DNA of 64,000 nt from Candidatus Poribacteria bacterium. GTDB lineage: Bacteria; Poribacteria; WGA-4E; WGA-3G. A model generated the notes under the pieces. That model worked only from the letters and a program-made list of their open reading frames with translations. It did not search any database and was not told the DNA's origin. Shown one piece after another: positions 1 to 9,031 of the stretch. Where the stretch lies: contig CBDBFU010000015.1 in NCBI GenBank assembly GCA_965205025.1, positions 64,001 through 128,000 on the forward strand. Direction: 5' to 3'. Every line of letters begins with the position of its first letter. The stretch's first letter is position 1. The translations under genes and the position numbers were made by a program.

Positions 1-2
1 GG

Positions 3-986
3 TTCGGTATAAGACATTATAGGAACATACCGCAGACACTGACTGAACCTGCTACTTGGCAGGTGTATTTTAGCGATGTGGTTAATGGTAATAGTGCAAA
101 TTCATTAGAAAATAGACTTTTGGAAAAGCTTGGAATTGCATCTAAACGTATTGATGCCGCGTTGTATGATCTTGACTCTCAACCTATAGCAGATGCATTG
201 ATCATGGCACATCAACGTAATGTAAAAGTGCGAATCTTTGCAGAAAACAACAATGTTGATGAGGAGGAATTTAAACGGCTTAAAGAATCAGGAATTCCTG
301 TCTTAGATGATGGTGATAATGATGGATTGATGCATCATAAATTTTTTGTAATTGATGGACGTTATGTTTGGACAGGTTCGTACAATCCTACTTATAGGGG
401 AGGAAATAAGAATAACAATAACGTTGTTTGGATAGATTCACCGGCACTGGCTACAAATTTCACGCAAGAGTTTCGTGAATTGTTTGTATTAGCAGAATAT
501 GACCGTTCTGCAGATCCGAATGTTCCCTTTCCTCGAATTACTCTTAGCGACGGGACACAAATTACCACTTACTTTGCCCCTGAAAATGATACTATTTCTC
601 CACTATTGAAAGAAATTAAAGCGGCAGAAGAATCTATTCATTTCATGGCATTTTCATTCACTCATGACCAATTGGGTGATGCGATGCGAAAACAGTTCAG
701 ATCTGGGATTTCAGTGAATGGAGTTTTTAGTGCTAAACAACATAAGACTGATGGAAGATACTCAGAATATGGTGGTATGAAAAAGGCAGGATTGTCTGTT
801 AAATTAGATAATGAACCTGGAACTATGCATCACAAGGTAATAATTATTGATGAAGAAACAGTGATTACCGGTTCATATAACTTCTCAAAAAATGCTGAGT
901 CACGAAATAGTGAAAACTTGCTAATTATCAAAGGTAACAAGGAAATTGCTCGCGCATACTTAAATGAGTTTAACCGATTAAAATAG
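3..986 (+). CDS. Phospholipase D-family protein with two HKD motifs (5'-truncated by window edge)
   Basis: Motifs HHKFFVID..WTGSYN and HHKVIIID..ITGSYN; the frame is open upstream of the GTG at 63 to the window start. Confidence 0.9.
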   Translation, partial: FGIRHYRNIPQTLTEPATWQVYFSDVVNGNSANSLENRLLEKLGIASKRIDAALYDLDSQPIADALIMAHQRNVKVRIFAENNNVDEEEFKRLKESGIPVLDDGDNDGLMHHKFFVIDGRYVWTGSYNPTYRGGNKNNNNVVWIDSPALATNFTQEFRELFVLAEYDRSADPNVPFPRITLSDGTQITTYFAPENDTISPLLKEIKAAEESIHFMAFSFTHDQLGDAMRKQFRSGISVNGVFSAKQHKTDGRYSEYGGMKKAGLSVKLDNEPGTMHHKVIIIDEETVITGSYNFSKNAESRNSENLLIIKGNKEIARAYLNEFNRLK

Positions 987-1046
987 TAAGATTAGAAAAG
1001 GTAGCAATTATTCTGGTGAGTTTTGGATAGTAAAATATACCTACTT

Positions 1047-2117
1047 TCAGTCTTGTCTTTCGCCAAGTTTAACCGTATGACTCTGAACCTGTCCATCTCT
1101 ACGGATTTTAAGAGTAATATTTGTACTTGGAGATGTAGTTCCCACTCTTCTAAGAAGTTCGAAGTAATGTCTGATTGGATCATTATTAAATTCAAGAATA
1201 ATATCTTCAGGTAAGAGTCCACTCTTATGTGCAGGACTGTCTTGAACTACTCGTGTAATGAAAACACCAAAATCACTTGTTTCGATGTCAACCCCCAGCC
1301 ATCCTCTGGAAACTTTACCATTCTTTATTATTTCATCTGCAACTGATTTGACTGTTTCAATTGGTAATGCCAAAGTTATTTCATGTGTTTTCATTAACTG
1401 AATAGGTGGTTGTAGTAACCCCATGTCAGTTTGTTCAGTAAGAATAGCCAGTATCATTCCGACCACTTCCCCGGATGTATTTATAACTGCTCCTCCACTA
1501 TTGCCAGGTGAAATTGGTGCGTTAATCTTAATTAATTCATCACAGGGGAGTTCAGGCAAGAATTCACAGCCACTTACGATTCCAAACGAAACAATTGGAT
1601 GATCTCCATGTGAACTTCCGATTGTAAAAACAAATGAGCCAATATCTAATTGTGTGGAATCCCCTTGTTTTACTATATTTGACAATTCATCATCAACTTT
1701 TAATACGAGAATATCAGTTAATTCATCTATTCCAATGACTTTGGCGGTTGTCTTTTGATCATTATGAAAAACCACCTCAATCTTGTTTGGTGAAAAACTG
1801 AATGTTGTTGTAGCAATGTATCCATTCTTATTTAATAGTAAACCGGAACTAATATCCTGTTGAAGCAAAGTAATATTTCCAACATTCGATTGCAATCTGT
1901 TTCTGGAATTACGAGTTGCTAATACTTTAACAACAGCGGGCCGTGCGGTATTTATAACCTTTTTGAATTCCTTTTCAAACAGTTGTAGGATATTATCTTT
2001 CGCTTCAGTTGGTAATACAGAGATAAAAAGAAACAGAAAGATATACATGAATGTATGAAAAACATGGTTATTTCTTCGGTTAGTCTTGTAGGGATGTATG
2101 TTTTGATTATCAAACAT
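1047..2117 (-). CDS. HtrA/DegS-like trypsin-fold (S1C) protein with one PDZ domain; catalytic His apparently missing
   Basis: PGNSGG motif, TDILVLKV, C-terminal PDZ (RGWLGV..SPAHKSGL..EDII), N-terminal hydrophobic segment. Confidence 0.88.
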   Translation of the reverse strand: MFDNQNIHPYKTNRRNNHVFHTFMYIFLFLFISVLPTEAKDNILQLFEKEFKKVINTARPAVVKVLATRNSRNRLQSNVGNITLLQQDISSGLLLNKNGYIATTTFSFSPNKIEVVFHNDQKTTAKVIGIDELTDILVLKVDDELSNIVKQGDSTQLDIGSFVFTIGSSHGDHPIVSFGIVSGCEFLPELPCDELIKINAPISPGNSGGAVINTSGEVVGMILAILTEQTDMGLLQPPIQLMKTHEITLALPIETVKSVADEIIKNGKVSRGWLGVDIETSDFGVFITRVVQDSPAHKSGLLPEDIILEFNNDPIRHYFELLRRVGTTSPSTNITLKIRRDGQVQSHTVKLGERQD

Positions 2118-2152
2118 GTCTATTCCTCATCCAATAAATTCAAAGTAGTATA

Positions 2153-2746
2153 CTATAATCCGCCACCTGTCACAGGCGTGGAATAACTGACTTGCTTAAG
2201 GACATACCTTCGTTGCATTGGTTTACCAGATACAGAGTTTGAAAAAATTGAGGAACCAATTCCTGAATGATTAAGGTTGCTCCGCAGAGTTGGTGTATTT
2301 GTTGTATGTCTTGAACGTTCAACGACGACTGAGGACGACTTATCTTCTCCCATTTGAGTTGTTTGGGTTAAGGTATCCAACTGTGTATCATCATCATTTC
2401 CTACATTGAATTGATATAAGAATGTACCTGTGATGACCATGAACATAACCAATCCACTACTGAGTGCCCATTTAGGTGTACCAAATTGAGTGCGTAATCG
2501 TTGCCAGAATGAAAGTCTTGCGGGTTGTTCTTGGTTCAGTTGTTGTTGTAGTGTAGTCAAGAAAGTAGGTGAGGGTTGGTCCTGTGGTAGTTGTTGTAAC
2601 TCAGAAACAGATTCGCGGAAGAGTTCGTATTCCTTCTGACACGCATCACAATTGTCAAGATGTTCATCAAAGGCTTGTAAAGTATGGTAATCCAGCGTAT
2701 CTTCGAAATATGAAGAGAAGTTTTCCTCAATCTGTAGGCAGTTCAT
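2153..2746 (-). CDS. Zinc-binding transmembrane anti-sigma factor (zf-HC2)
   Basis: N-terminal C..HLDNCDAC (HxxxCxxC) followed by a TM helix; 4-bp overlap with the ECF sigma gene. Confidence 0.88.
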   Translation of the reverse strand: MNCLQIEENFSSYFEDTLDYHTLQAFDEHLDNCDACQKEYELFRESVSELQQLPQDQPSPTFLTTLQQQLNQEQPARLSFWQRLRTQFGTPKWALSSGLVMFMVITGTFLYQFNVGNDDDTQLDTLTQTTQMGEDKSSSVVVERSRHTTNTPTLRSNLNHSGIGSSIFSNSVSGKPMQRRYVLKQVSYSTPVTGGGL

Positions 2747-3351
2747 ATTGTCTCCATGTATGGCTTAAGTTTGTTTTTTAACATTATTCTTGCTCGATTG
2801 ATTCGAGATTTTGTAGTTCCACTTCGTAGTTCAAGTATTTTTCCGATCTCATCATAACTTAACCCCTGAACATCTCTTAGGATAAGCGGATATCTATATT
2901 GTTCTGGTAGTTCAGCAATAGCATTTTGGATGATATGGCGTAGTTCCTTTCGTTCAATCGCCACATCAGGTTGTAATGCAGTATCTGCAGGTGCAGTTGC
3001 GATGAGATCAATTTCTTCTTCATTTTCCCTATTATCGTTATTGTTTGAGGTGACATTATCAACACGAAATCTATCGCGTCGGGCTCTATTCCTTATATCA
3101 TTTTTACATAGATTCTTTGCAATAAAATACATCCAAGTTTTAAACTGTGCACGGCCAGGTTTGTATCGATCAGCGGCTTTATACATTCGGATAAAGGTTT
3201 CTTGTGCCAAGTCTTCAGCGTTATCTCTATCACCTGTGAACTTTGCAATGAAGTTAATTAGTGGTTGTTGATGTCGGCGTACCAAAAGTGTGAATGCATT
3301 TTCATCCCCTTTTTGGAACTGCTGCATTAGCTGATCATCTAATTCTGGCAT
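2743..3351 (-). CDS. ECF RNA polymerase sigma factor (RpoE/SigW-like)
   Basis: AEDLAQETFIR, FKTWMYFIAKN, GLSYDEIGKIL..GTTKSRINRAR; start moved to ATG 3351, which has a GGAGGG RBS. Confidence 0.93.
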   Translation of the reverse strand: MPELDDQLMQQFQKGDENAFTLLVRRHQQPLINFIAKFTGDRDNAEDLAQETFIRMYKAADRYKPGRAQFKTWMYFIAKNLCKNDIRNRARRDRFRVDNVTSNNNDNRENEEEIDLIATAPADTALQPDVAIERKELRHIIQNAIAELPEQYRYPLILRDVQGLSYDEIGKILELRSGTTKSRINRARIMLKNKLKPYMETI

Positions 3352-3376
3352 CTGACCCTCCAAAGGTACATCCTTA

Positions 3377-3403
3377 TATACACCGAAATTTGTATTGGGT
3401 TCC
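3377..3403 (-). promoter_or_regulatory. Putative autoregulatory ECF-type promoter (GGAACC-N16-GTATA)
   Basis: Resembles the general ECF -35 GGAAC / -10 GT layout and lies just upstream of the sigma RBS. Confidence 0.35.
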
Positions 3404-3705
3404 AAATTATTTCAATGCAAGAAAAGTAAAATAGACATCATTGCTTAGATAGATTATTATTCATAACCTTCAGACTATGTTCATACTAATTTAGACCATT
3501 TATAGAATGTTGTAGTTAATGTTTCTCACGTATTAAGATTTGAAATAGCATTGTACTTATGATTCTATGTCCTTAAATTGTTTAGCACATGTTGACCGTG
3601 AGACTATTATTGTGTATTATATTTCATATTTTGTAAAATAAAAAGACAACTAAAAAGTCTGTAACTTGGAAAAAAGGATTTAGATAGCATTTAGATTGTC
3701 GTGAA

Positions 3706-3735
3706 ATTTTATCATTTCAAGCAAGCAATTGTCAA
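3706..3735 (-). promoter_or_regulatory. Sigma70-type promoter TTGACA-N18-TAAAAT facing the ECF operon
   Basis: Direct motif match with an extended -10 TG. Confidence 0.45.
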
Positions 3736-3772
3736 ATTTAGCTCAATTTATAATAGACTTACTTGATATGTT

Positions 3773-3989
3773 ATTCTATTTCTATAAATTATCGTCTCAT
3801 TAGGCGGTTATTATGGTAGTCATTTTTCAGGTCACAAACTGAATGAAGATTAATTTTTTAAATCGGTAATATACGGATGGGTTAACCCCGCCCCTACGAT
3901 AAGTTTATGGACTGGATTACCGAAATACTTACTTAATCCTCATAAAGTTTGTGGTACAAAAAAGAGACATTTTCAATTAGAAATGGTAT
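3773..3989. mobile_element. Family A MITE-like element (ATACCATTTCTA TIRs) with a nested family C element
   Basis: Homologous to 26387-26500 and to the reverse complement of 61544-61657; interrupted in its central hairpin loop. Confidence 0.85.
3843..3943. mobile_element. Family C 101-bp element (ATGAAGATTAA-N9-TCGGTAAT bipartite TIRs) carrying a GTAGGGGCGGGG REP hairpin
   Basis: Near-identical reverse complement at 61789-61889; absent from the uninterrupted A copies. Confidence 0.85.
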
Positions 3990-4024
3990 TAGATATTCCG
4001 GTGATTATTTTATGGAGGATGTGC

Positions 4025-4594
4025 ATGTTTGATCAAGTGTTACAAGAAGTGGAAGCACAGTGTAGAAAAGAGAGAATTCCGATGTTGGGACCAGAAAAAG
4101 CGGAATTTGTTGCAAATTGTATTGAGAAGGCGAAACCGTCTTTAATAGTTGAATGTGGTACTGCTGTAGGATACTCCGGTTTGTGGATTTTGCGTGTATT
4201 AAGTGAAGTCGGTTCAGGTCGGTTAATTACAATAGAGATTGATTCCAAACGCGCTGAACAAGCAAGGTCAAATTTTGAACAGGCAGGTGTTGCAGATCTG
4301 GTAGATTCTCGTATTGGTGATGCAGAAGAGGTATTAAAAAGTATAGATGATGAAGTAGATTTTCTCATACTTGACAACAACTTCGACAATTACTTCCCTT
4401 GTTATAAAGCGATTGAACCGAAATTGACTAATCCAGCTACTGTATTGGCAGATAATGTTGGTATAGGGGCAGATGCTATGACTGATTATCTTGAGCATGT
4501 TCGTACCGAATATGAAAGTGAAACATATTGGTTTGATATTGATCTTCCTTGGGTAAAACAGGATGCAATTGAAGTCAGTGTCTATCGTCGGTAA
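4025..4594 (+). CDS. Class I SAM-dependent O-methyltransferase (caffeoyl-CoA OMT/YrrM-like)
   Basis: IVECGTAVGYSG, ITIEID, GDA, VLADNV; start set at ATG 4025 after GGAGG. Confidence 0.88.
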   Translation: MFDQVLQEVEAQCRKERIPMLGPEKAEFVANCIEKAKPSLIVECGTAVGYSGLWILRVLSEVGSGRLITIEIDSKRAEQARSNFEQAGVADLVDSRIGDAEEVLKSIDDEVDFLILDNNFDNYFPCYKAIEPKLTNPATVLADNVGIGADAMTDYLEHVRTEYESETYWFDIDLPWVKQDAIEVSVYRR

Positions 4595-4617
4595 TGGAAA
4601 TACTTTAAGGAGGTAGA

Positions 4618-7287
4618 ATGCAATATAACTTTACAAGTGTTGCTCGGTTACCTGCCCCAGATGACAACGTAGCCATTGTTACACAAAGATTAGAATCTGG
4701 ATCTCAAATTCAATACAATGGAACACAATTTTCTCTTTCTCATACAATATTAGAGGGACATAGATTTGCTATTCGCTCTATCTCAGCAAATGATCCTCTG
4801 TTGTCCTGGGGATTGCCTTTTGGTTATGCTTCAGGAACAATCAAACCTGGAGATTATGTTTGCAATCAAAAGATGATAGATTCTCTATCAATACGGAATT
4901 TAGATATTGACTTGCCAACTCATCCGAATTTTCTTGATGAAATTATACCTTATAGCTTAGATGAAACTTCTTTCATTCCTGGGAGACAGGTTGATCAACA
5001 CACAGATCCCCGCAATTTTCTTGGATATAGTCGTCCTGGAAATAGAGGTGTTGGTACACGAAATTATATTGCCATTATGGGAACTACAGCTCGTACTTCT
5101 GGATTTGTAAGAAGGTTGGCTGACAGTTGTAAAGGTCTTAGTGATGATTTTTCAAATATAGATGGAATCGTGGCTGTTACCCATACAGAAGGTGGTGAGG
5201 ATAAAACACCGAATAACATTGAATTACTACTTCGTACACTTGCGGGGTTTACAATACATCCCAATATAGGTGCAATACTTCTTGTCGACTATGGAACTGA
5301 ATCAGTAACCAATGAGATGTTAAAGGAATATATGCTGGGTGAAAGGTATGAACTTGAGAATATCCCACATGAATTCTTAAGAATTGATGGTGGTTTTGAT
5401 GATAATATTACACGCGGTATTGATACCATAAATGGATGGTTGGATAGAGTGGACAGCGTTCCTCGTACAGAACAATCATTGAAGAATTTAAAGATTGCGT
5501 TGCAGTGTGGTGGTTCAGATGCATTTTCAGGTGTGTCTGGAAATCCATTGGCAGCTAATGTTGCTAAAGAGGTAATCCGATATGGTGGATGTGCGAATCT
5601 GGCTGAAACTGATGAGTTAATTGGTGCTGAAGCGTATTTACTTCAGAATGTTCGTGATGTTGCAACTGCTCGTAAGTTCCTTAATACGGTTGAGGAATTC
5701 AAGGAACGGGTTGGTTGGCATGGACATTCTGCAGAAGGGAATCCATCAGGTGGGAATAATTTCCGTGGACTTTATAATATTGCTATTAAATCCATTGGTG
5801 CAGCTATGAAACGAAATCCTGATGTTTGCCTTGACTACGTCATTGGTTATAGCGAATTGATGAGGGATACAGGTTACTACTTTATGGATAGCCCAGGTAA
5901 CGATTTAGAAAGTATCGCAGGTCAGGTAGCATCTGGTTCTAATATGATATTCTTTGTTACAGGTAATGGATCTATTACGAATTTCCCATTTGTTCCCACA
6001 ATAAAAATAGTTACCACCACAAACAGATTTGAGATGTTAGAAAAAGATATGGATGTTAATGCGGGTGCGTATCTTGATGGAACACCTATGGAACAACTCG
6101 GCGAAGAGATGTTAGATTTGACAGTGGATGTTGCTTCAGGTGATCTCTCTGTAGGTGAAAAAGCAGGGCACTCACAAGTCTCGTTATGGCGTGATTGGAA
6201 ACAGACGGGACCAACTGACTTAGCTTCTTTGCTTGAGTCATCTGAGATAAAAAATGGTGCCCCGATTCCAATTGATTCTATTGATGAAAAGCAGCCAATT
6301 TCATCTGAATATACTTTTCGTGCTTATCAAACTGATTATGGATTGAGAAGTGATCAACTTGCGTTGATTTTACCTACAAGTTTGTGTTCTGGACAGATAG
6401 CACAGATGATTGTGCGAAAATGTAATGAACAAAGAATTGGAAAAGAACAGGGAATCTCAAGGTTTGTCACACTTCCACATACTGAAGGTTGTGGTGTCTC
6501 CAGTGGACGATCAGAAGAGATTTACACAAGAACTATGATTGGTCATTTGACTCATCCATCTGTATCAATTGGTTTGCTCCTTGAACACGGTTGTGAAAAG
6601 ACGCATAATGACCATGTTCGGCATGAGATTGAGAATTTGGGTATTTCCCCTGATGACTACGGATGGGCGAGTGTGCAGATGGATGGTGGAATTGATTCTG
6701 TGATTGATAAAGTGCAGAATTGGTTTGAGGAAGCGTTATCGGATAAACCATCCATTCCTGTTGTGGATGCTGGTTTAGACCACCTGTGTATTTCCATCAT
6801 GTCAACAGGACAGGTAACCGAGCATGTATCTGAAAATCTGATGGAATTGGTTTACGAAATAACAACTGCAGGTGGAACAGTTGTTGTCCCTGCTAATTCA
6901 ACATTTTTGTTAGAATCATTATCTCTTTCTCCTTCACTTGCGTATGGACAACGTGTTGAAAAGAAGGGTCTGCACATAATGGAAGCACCTACCGACCAAC
7001 CGACTGAGATTCTTACAGGATTAGCTGCAACAGGAGTTGAACTTGGATTTGTCCATATTGTGGGTGCTCCCCTTCAATCCCATGCAATGGTTCCACTTAT
7101 TCAAGTATCTACAGATTCTGTGACACAAGAAAACTATGGATCAGATTTAGACTTAGTATGTGTTGATGTAGATGCGATGTTAGGTTTGATAGTCGAAGTT
7201 GCGTCTCGTGAATATGTACCAAAGTTGCATGGAAAGGGAAATATAGATTTTCAGTTGACGCGTGGGTTGTTGGGTGTTTCGATGTGA
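4618..7287 (+). CDS. UxaA/GarD-family (altronate/galactarate) dehydratase with SAF domain and duplicated core
   Basis: DDNVAI SAF domain, GYSRPGNRGVGTRNY, LQCGGSDAFSG, GNPSGGN; second repeat with HTEGCG and HGCEK. Confidence 0.88.
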   Translation: MQYNFTSVARLPAPDDNVAIVTQRLESGSQIQYNGTQFSLSHTILEGHRFAIRSISANDPLLSWGLPFGYASGTIKPGDYVCNQKMIDSLSIRNLDIDLPTHPNFLDEIIPYSLDETSFIPGRQVDQHTDPRNFLGYSRPGNRGVGTRNYIAIMGTTARTSGFVRRLADSCKGLSDDFSNIDGIVAVTHTEGGEDKTPNNIELLLRTLAGFTIHPNIGAILLVDYGTESVTNEMLKEYMLGERYELENIPHEFLRIDGGFDDNITRGIDTINGWLDRVDSVPRTEQSLKNLKIALQCGGSDAFSGVSGNPLAANVAKEVIRYGGCANLAETDELIGAEAYLLQNVRDVATARKFLNTVEEFKERVGWHGHSAEGNPSGGNNFRGLYNIAIKSIGAAMKRNPDVCLDYVIGYSELMRDTGYYFMDSPGNDLESIAGQVASGSNMIFFVTGNGSITNFPFVPTIKIVTTTNRFEMLEKDMDVNAGAYLDGTPMEQLGEEMLDLTVDVASGDLSVGEKAGHSQVSLWRDWKQTGPTDLASLLESSEIKNGAPIPIDSIDEKQPISSEYTFRAYQTDYGLRSDQLALILPTSLCSGQIAQMIVRKCNEQRIGKEQGISRFVTLPHTEGCGVSSGRSEEIYTRTMIGHLTHPSVSIGLLLEHGCEKTHNDHVRHEIENLGISPDDYGWASVQMDGGIDSVIDKVQNWFEEALSDKPSIPVVDAGLDHLCISIMSTGQVTEHVSENLMELVYEITTAGGTVVVPANSTFLLESLSLSPSLAYGQRVEKKGLHIMEAPTDQPTEILTGLAATGVELGFVHIVGAPLQSHAMVPLIQVSTDSVTQENYGSDLDLVCVDVDAMLGLIVEVASREYVPKLHGKGNIDFQLTRGLLGVSM

Positions 7288-7359
7288 ATTCGTAAATACC
7301 AGTAGATATTTTGAGTCTCTATAGGATAAGATTTAGACTGAACATCAGGTGTCTAATAT

Positions 7360-8818
7360 CAATACCTTCGCCAATTATCCTGTGCTTAGTTCTAACTGTG
7401 TGTGATGAATAGCACCGATAGAACTAAGGTGCTGTGTGATTTGCTCAATAACAATAGGTTCAGGTTTTTGCGGAAGTATTTTTAATGTTTCCTCTAAATA
7501 CTTCATAGCTCGGTATTTTGCTTTCAAATCTAATACGCTACACGCCGTGTTATTAGACCGAAATGTGTTTGCCATTTTCGCACTCACATTTACCATAAAC
7601 AAGGATAAGTTTGCTGCATTGTTCACAGGTGTTTTTTTGACATTCATAAAATCTTCCAACCCCCAATACTGTTTTGCGTCTCTGAAGTTAAACTCTATTT
7701 GAAAACGAAGGGAGTAATAATCAATCATCTTTAGAGCACTCAGTTTTAGGTCAGAACTAAACAATAACACGTGTGATTTTTGTCCTGTCAGCAGATGCGT
7801 CTTGAGAAGACAAACAATATTGAGAGGATCCGCAAACTGCTTATGACGCAAGTGTACTTGATACACTTCGGTTCTGATGTTATCGGTTGTTTCAACAGAG
7901 ACACGCCATTTGTTATCCATTTGTTGTGGATTGAAACGATCCCCATAGAGGGCGCGGCGTCCACGACCTTTATACGGTGTCGTTGGTGGATAATAGAGCG
8001 CAGCATCTGTGCGAAGTTTTGAAATGAGATGGAGACCACATTGTGATACCATTTGTAGCGCATTATTGTGTCCGAAATATCCATCAAGCACAAAATAACG
8101 GAGTTTGATACAATCTCCCATCTGTTTGAGAAATGATTTCACCATAGTTTGAAGTTGTTTCAAAGTATTGCTGAACACAACATCCTTTTTGTTTCGATTC
8201 AGGCTCCCTTTGGGGCGACCACGCCCTCGTTTTGTTATGGCTTTCTGTGTATTCTCCTGATCTTCGATTGCAGACACATCCATATTGGCTGATGCGTTGC
8301 TACGCACGATTTGTTCCATCATCATTGGGTAAGAACACCTGTCTTTGACGCTTACTAAGGACACCGCTAAAAATGACAAACCGGAAATCGGTTTTCCATG
8401 TAATGAGGAGAAGAAGCGATCTATACCATAAGTTTTTTTCCCAGTTTTTGACACCGTGACTTCATCTGCTACAAGGATATACAAACTTTTAGGATCAAAC
8501 AGATATTTTTTGAAAAAGAGCCAACACATCTTTGGCCAAGGGAGATCTGTGCTAAAGAAGCGTTGTATCGTACGATAACTCCCTCCTTTTGATGTCCAAC
8601 GGGAGATATTTAACATTGTGACCTGACCTGTCATCGCAAGCAGGGCAAATACAACTTGACATAACTGGCGGATCATAGTAGTGGATAAACATAGATTAAA
8701 TACAGTAAATAATGCTATAATTTCTGGCATGGGTGTGTGTCCTTTCTAAGTTAAAATGATATTTTAAAACTTTAGGACAAACACCCTTTTTATTCAAGTG
8801 TTTTTGGCGAAGGTATTG
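7360..8818 (-). mobile_element. Complete insertion sequence (IS4/IS701-like DDE), 1459 bp
   Basis: Perfect 15-bp TIRs CAATACCTTCGCCAA (7360-7374) / TTGGCGAAGGTATTG (8804-8818); 6-bp TSD TAATAT at 7354-7359 and 8819-8824. Confidence 0.93.
7375..8730 (-). CDS. DDE transposase (IS4 superfamily)
   Basis: VADEVT, VLDGYF and YSLRFQIEFNFRDAK (Y-2-R-3-E-6-K) motifs; lies between the TIRs. Confidence 0.92.
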   Translation of the reverse strand: MPEIIALFTVFNLCLSTTMIRQLCQVVFALLAMTGQVTMLNISRWTSKGGSYRTIQRFFSTDLPWPKMCWLFFKKYLFDPKSLYILVADEVTVSKTGKKTYGIDRFFSSLHGKPISGLSFLAVSLVSVKDRCSYPMMMEQIVRSNASANMDVSAIEDQENTQKAITKRGRGRPKGSLNRNKKDVVFSNTLKQLQTMVKSFLKQMGDCIKLRYFVLDGYFGHNNALQMVSQCGLHLISKLRTDAALYYPPTTPYKGRGRRALYGDRFNPQQMDNKWRVSVETTDNIRTEVYQVHLRHKQFADPLNIVCLLKTHLLTGQKSHVLLFSSDLKLSALKMIDYYSLRFQIEFNFRDAKQYWGLEDFMNVKKTPVNNAANLSLFMVNVSAKMANTFRSNNTACSVLDLKAKYRAMKYLEETLKILPQKPEPIVIEQITQHLSSIGAIHHTQLELSTG

Positions 8819-8823
8819 TAATA

Positions 8824-8969
8824 TAACGTGAGTTTGATAAGACACATTGTACCCCGAACTTTTAGTTAACACCAGAGTGCACAAACTGGAAAGTTTGTGC
8901 TACAAAGACTATCTTCAGGACAAAATTCTGTTTATCGAACTGATATTTTTCATTATCAAACTGGCGTTA
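8824..8969. mobile_element. Family E 146-bp MITE-like element (TAACGTGAGTTTGATAA TIRs) with a central GTAGCACAAACT REP hairpin
   Basis: Near-identical reverse complement at 54941-55086. Confidence 0.85.
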
Positions 8970-9002
8970 ATATATATTGATAGTGTAATCTTGGTAGTTG
9001 TA

Positions 9003-9027
9003 TCGGTTCGGGTGGAAACCGAACCTA
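9003..9027 (-). repeat. Solo REP-like hairpin (ATAGGTTCGG-TTTCCAC-CCGAACCG)
   Basis: Same family as the GTAGGTTCGGTTTCCTAACC hairpin at 18113-18132. Confidence 0.55.
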
Positions 9028-9031
9028 TCTA

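Noticed and set aside
3983-4024. Longer start for the O-methyltransferase
   Set aside because: That ATG is part of the family A TIR (AAATGGTAT); a GGAGG RBS supports 4025.
7375-8730. This transposase as the mobiliser of families A, B, C and E
   Set aside because: Its TIRs and 6-bp TSD do not match the ends or flanks of those elements.
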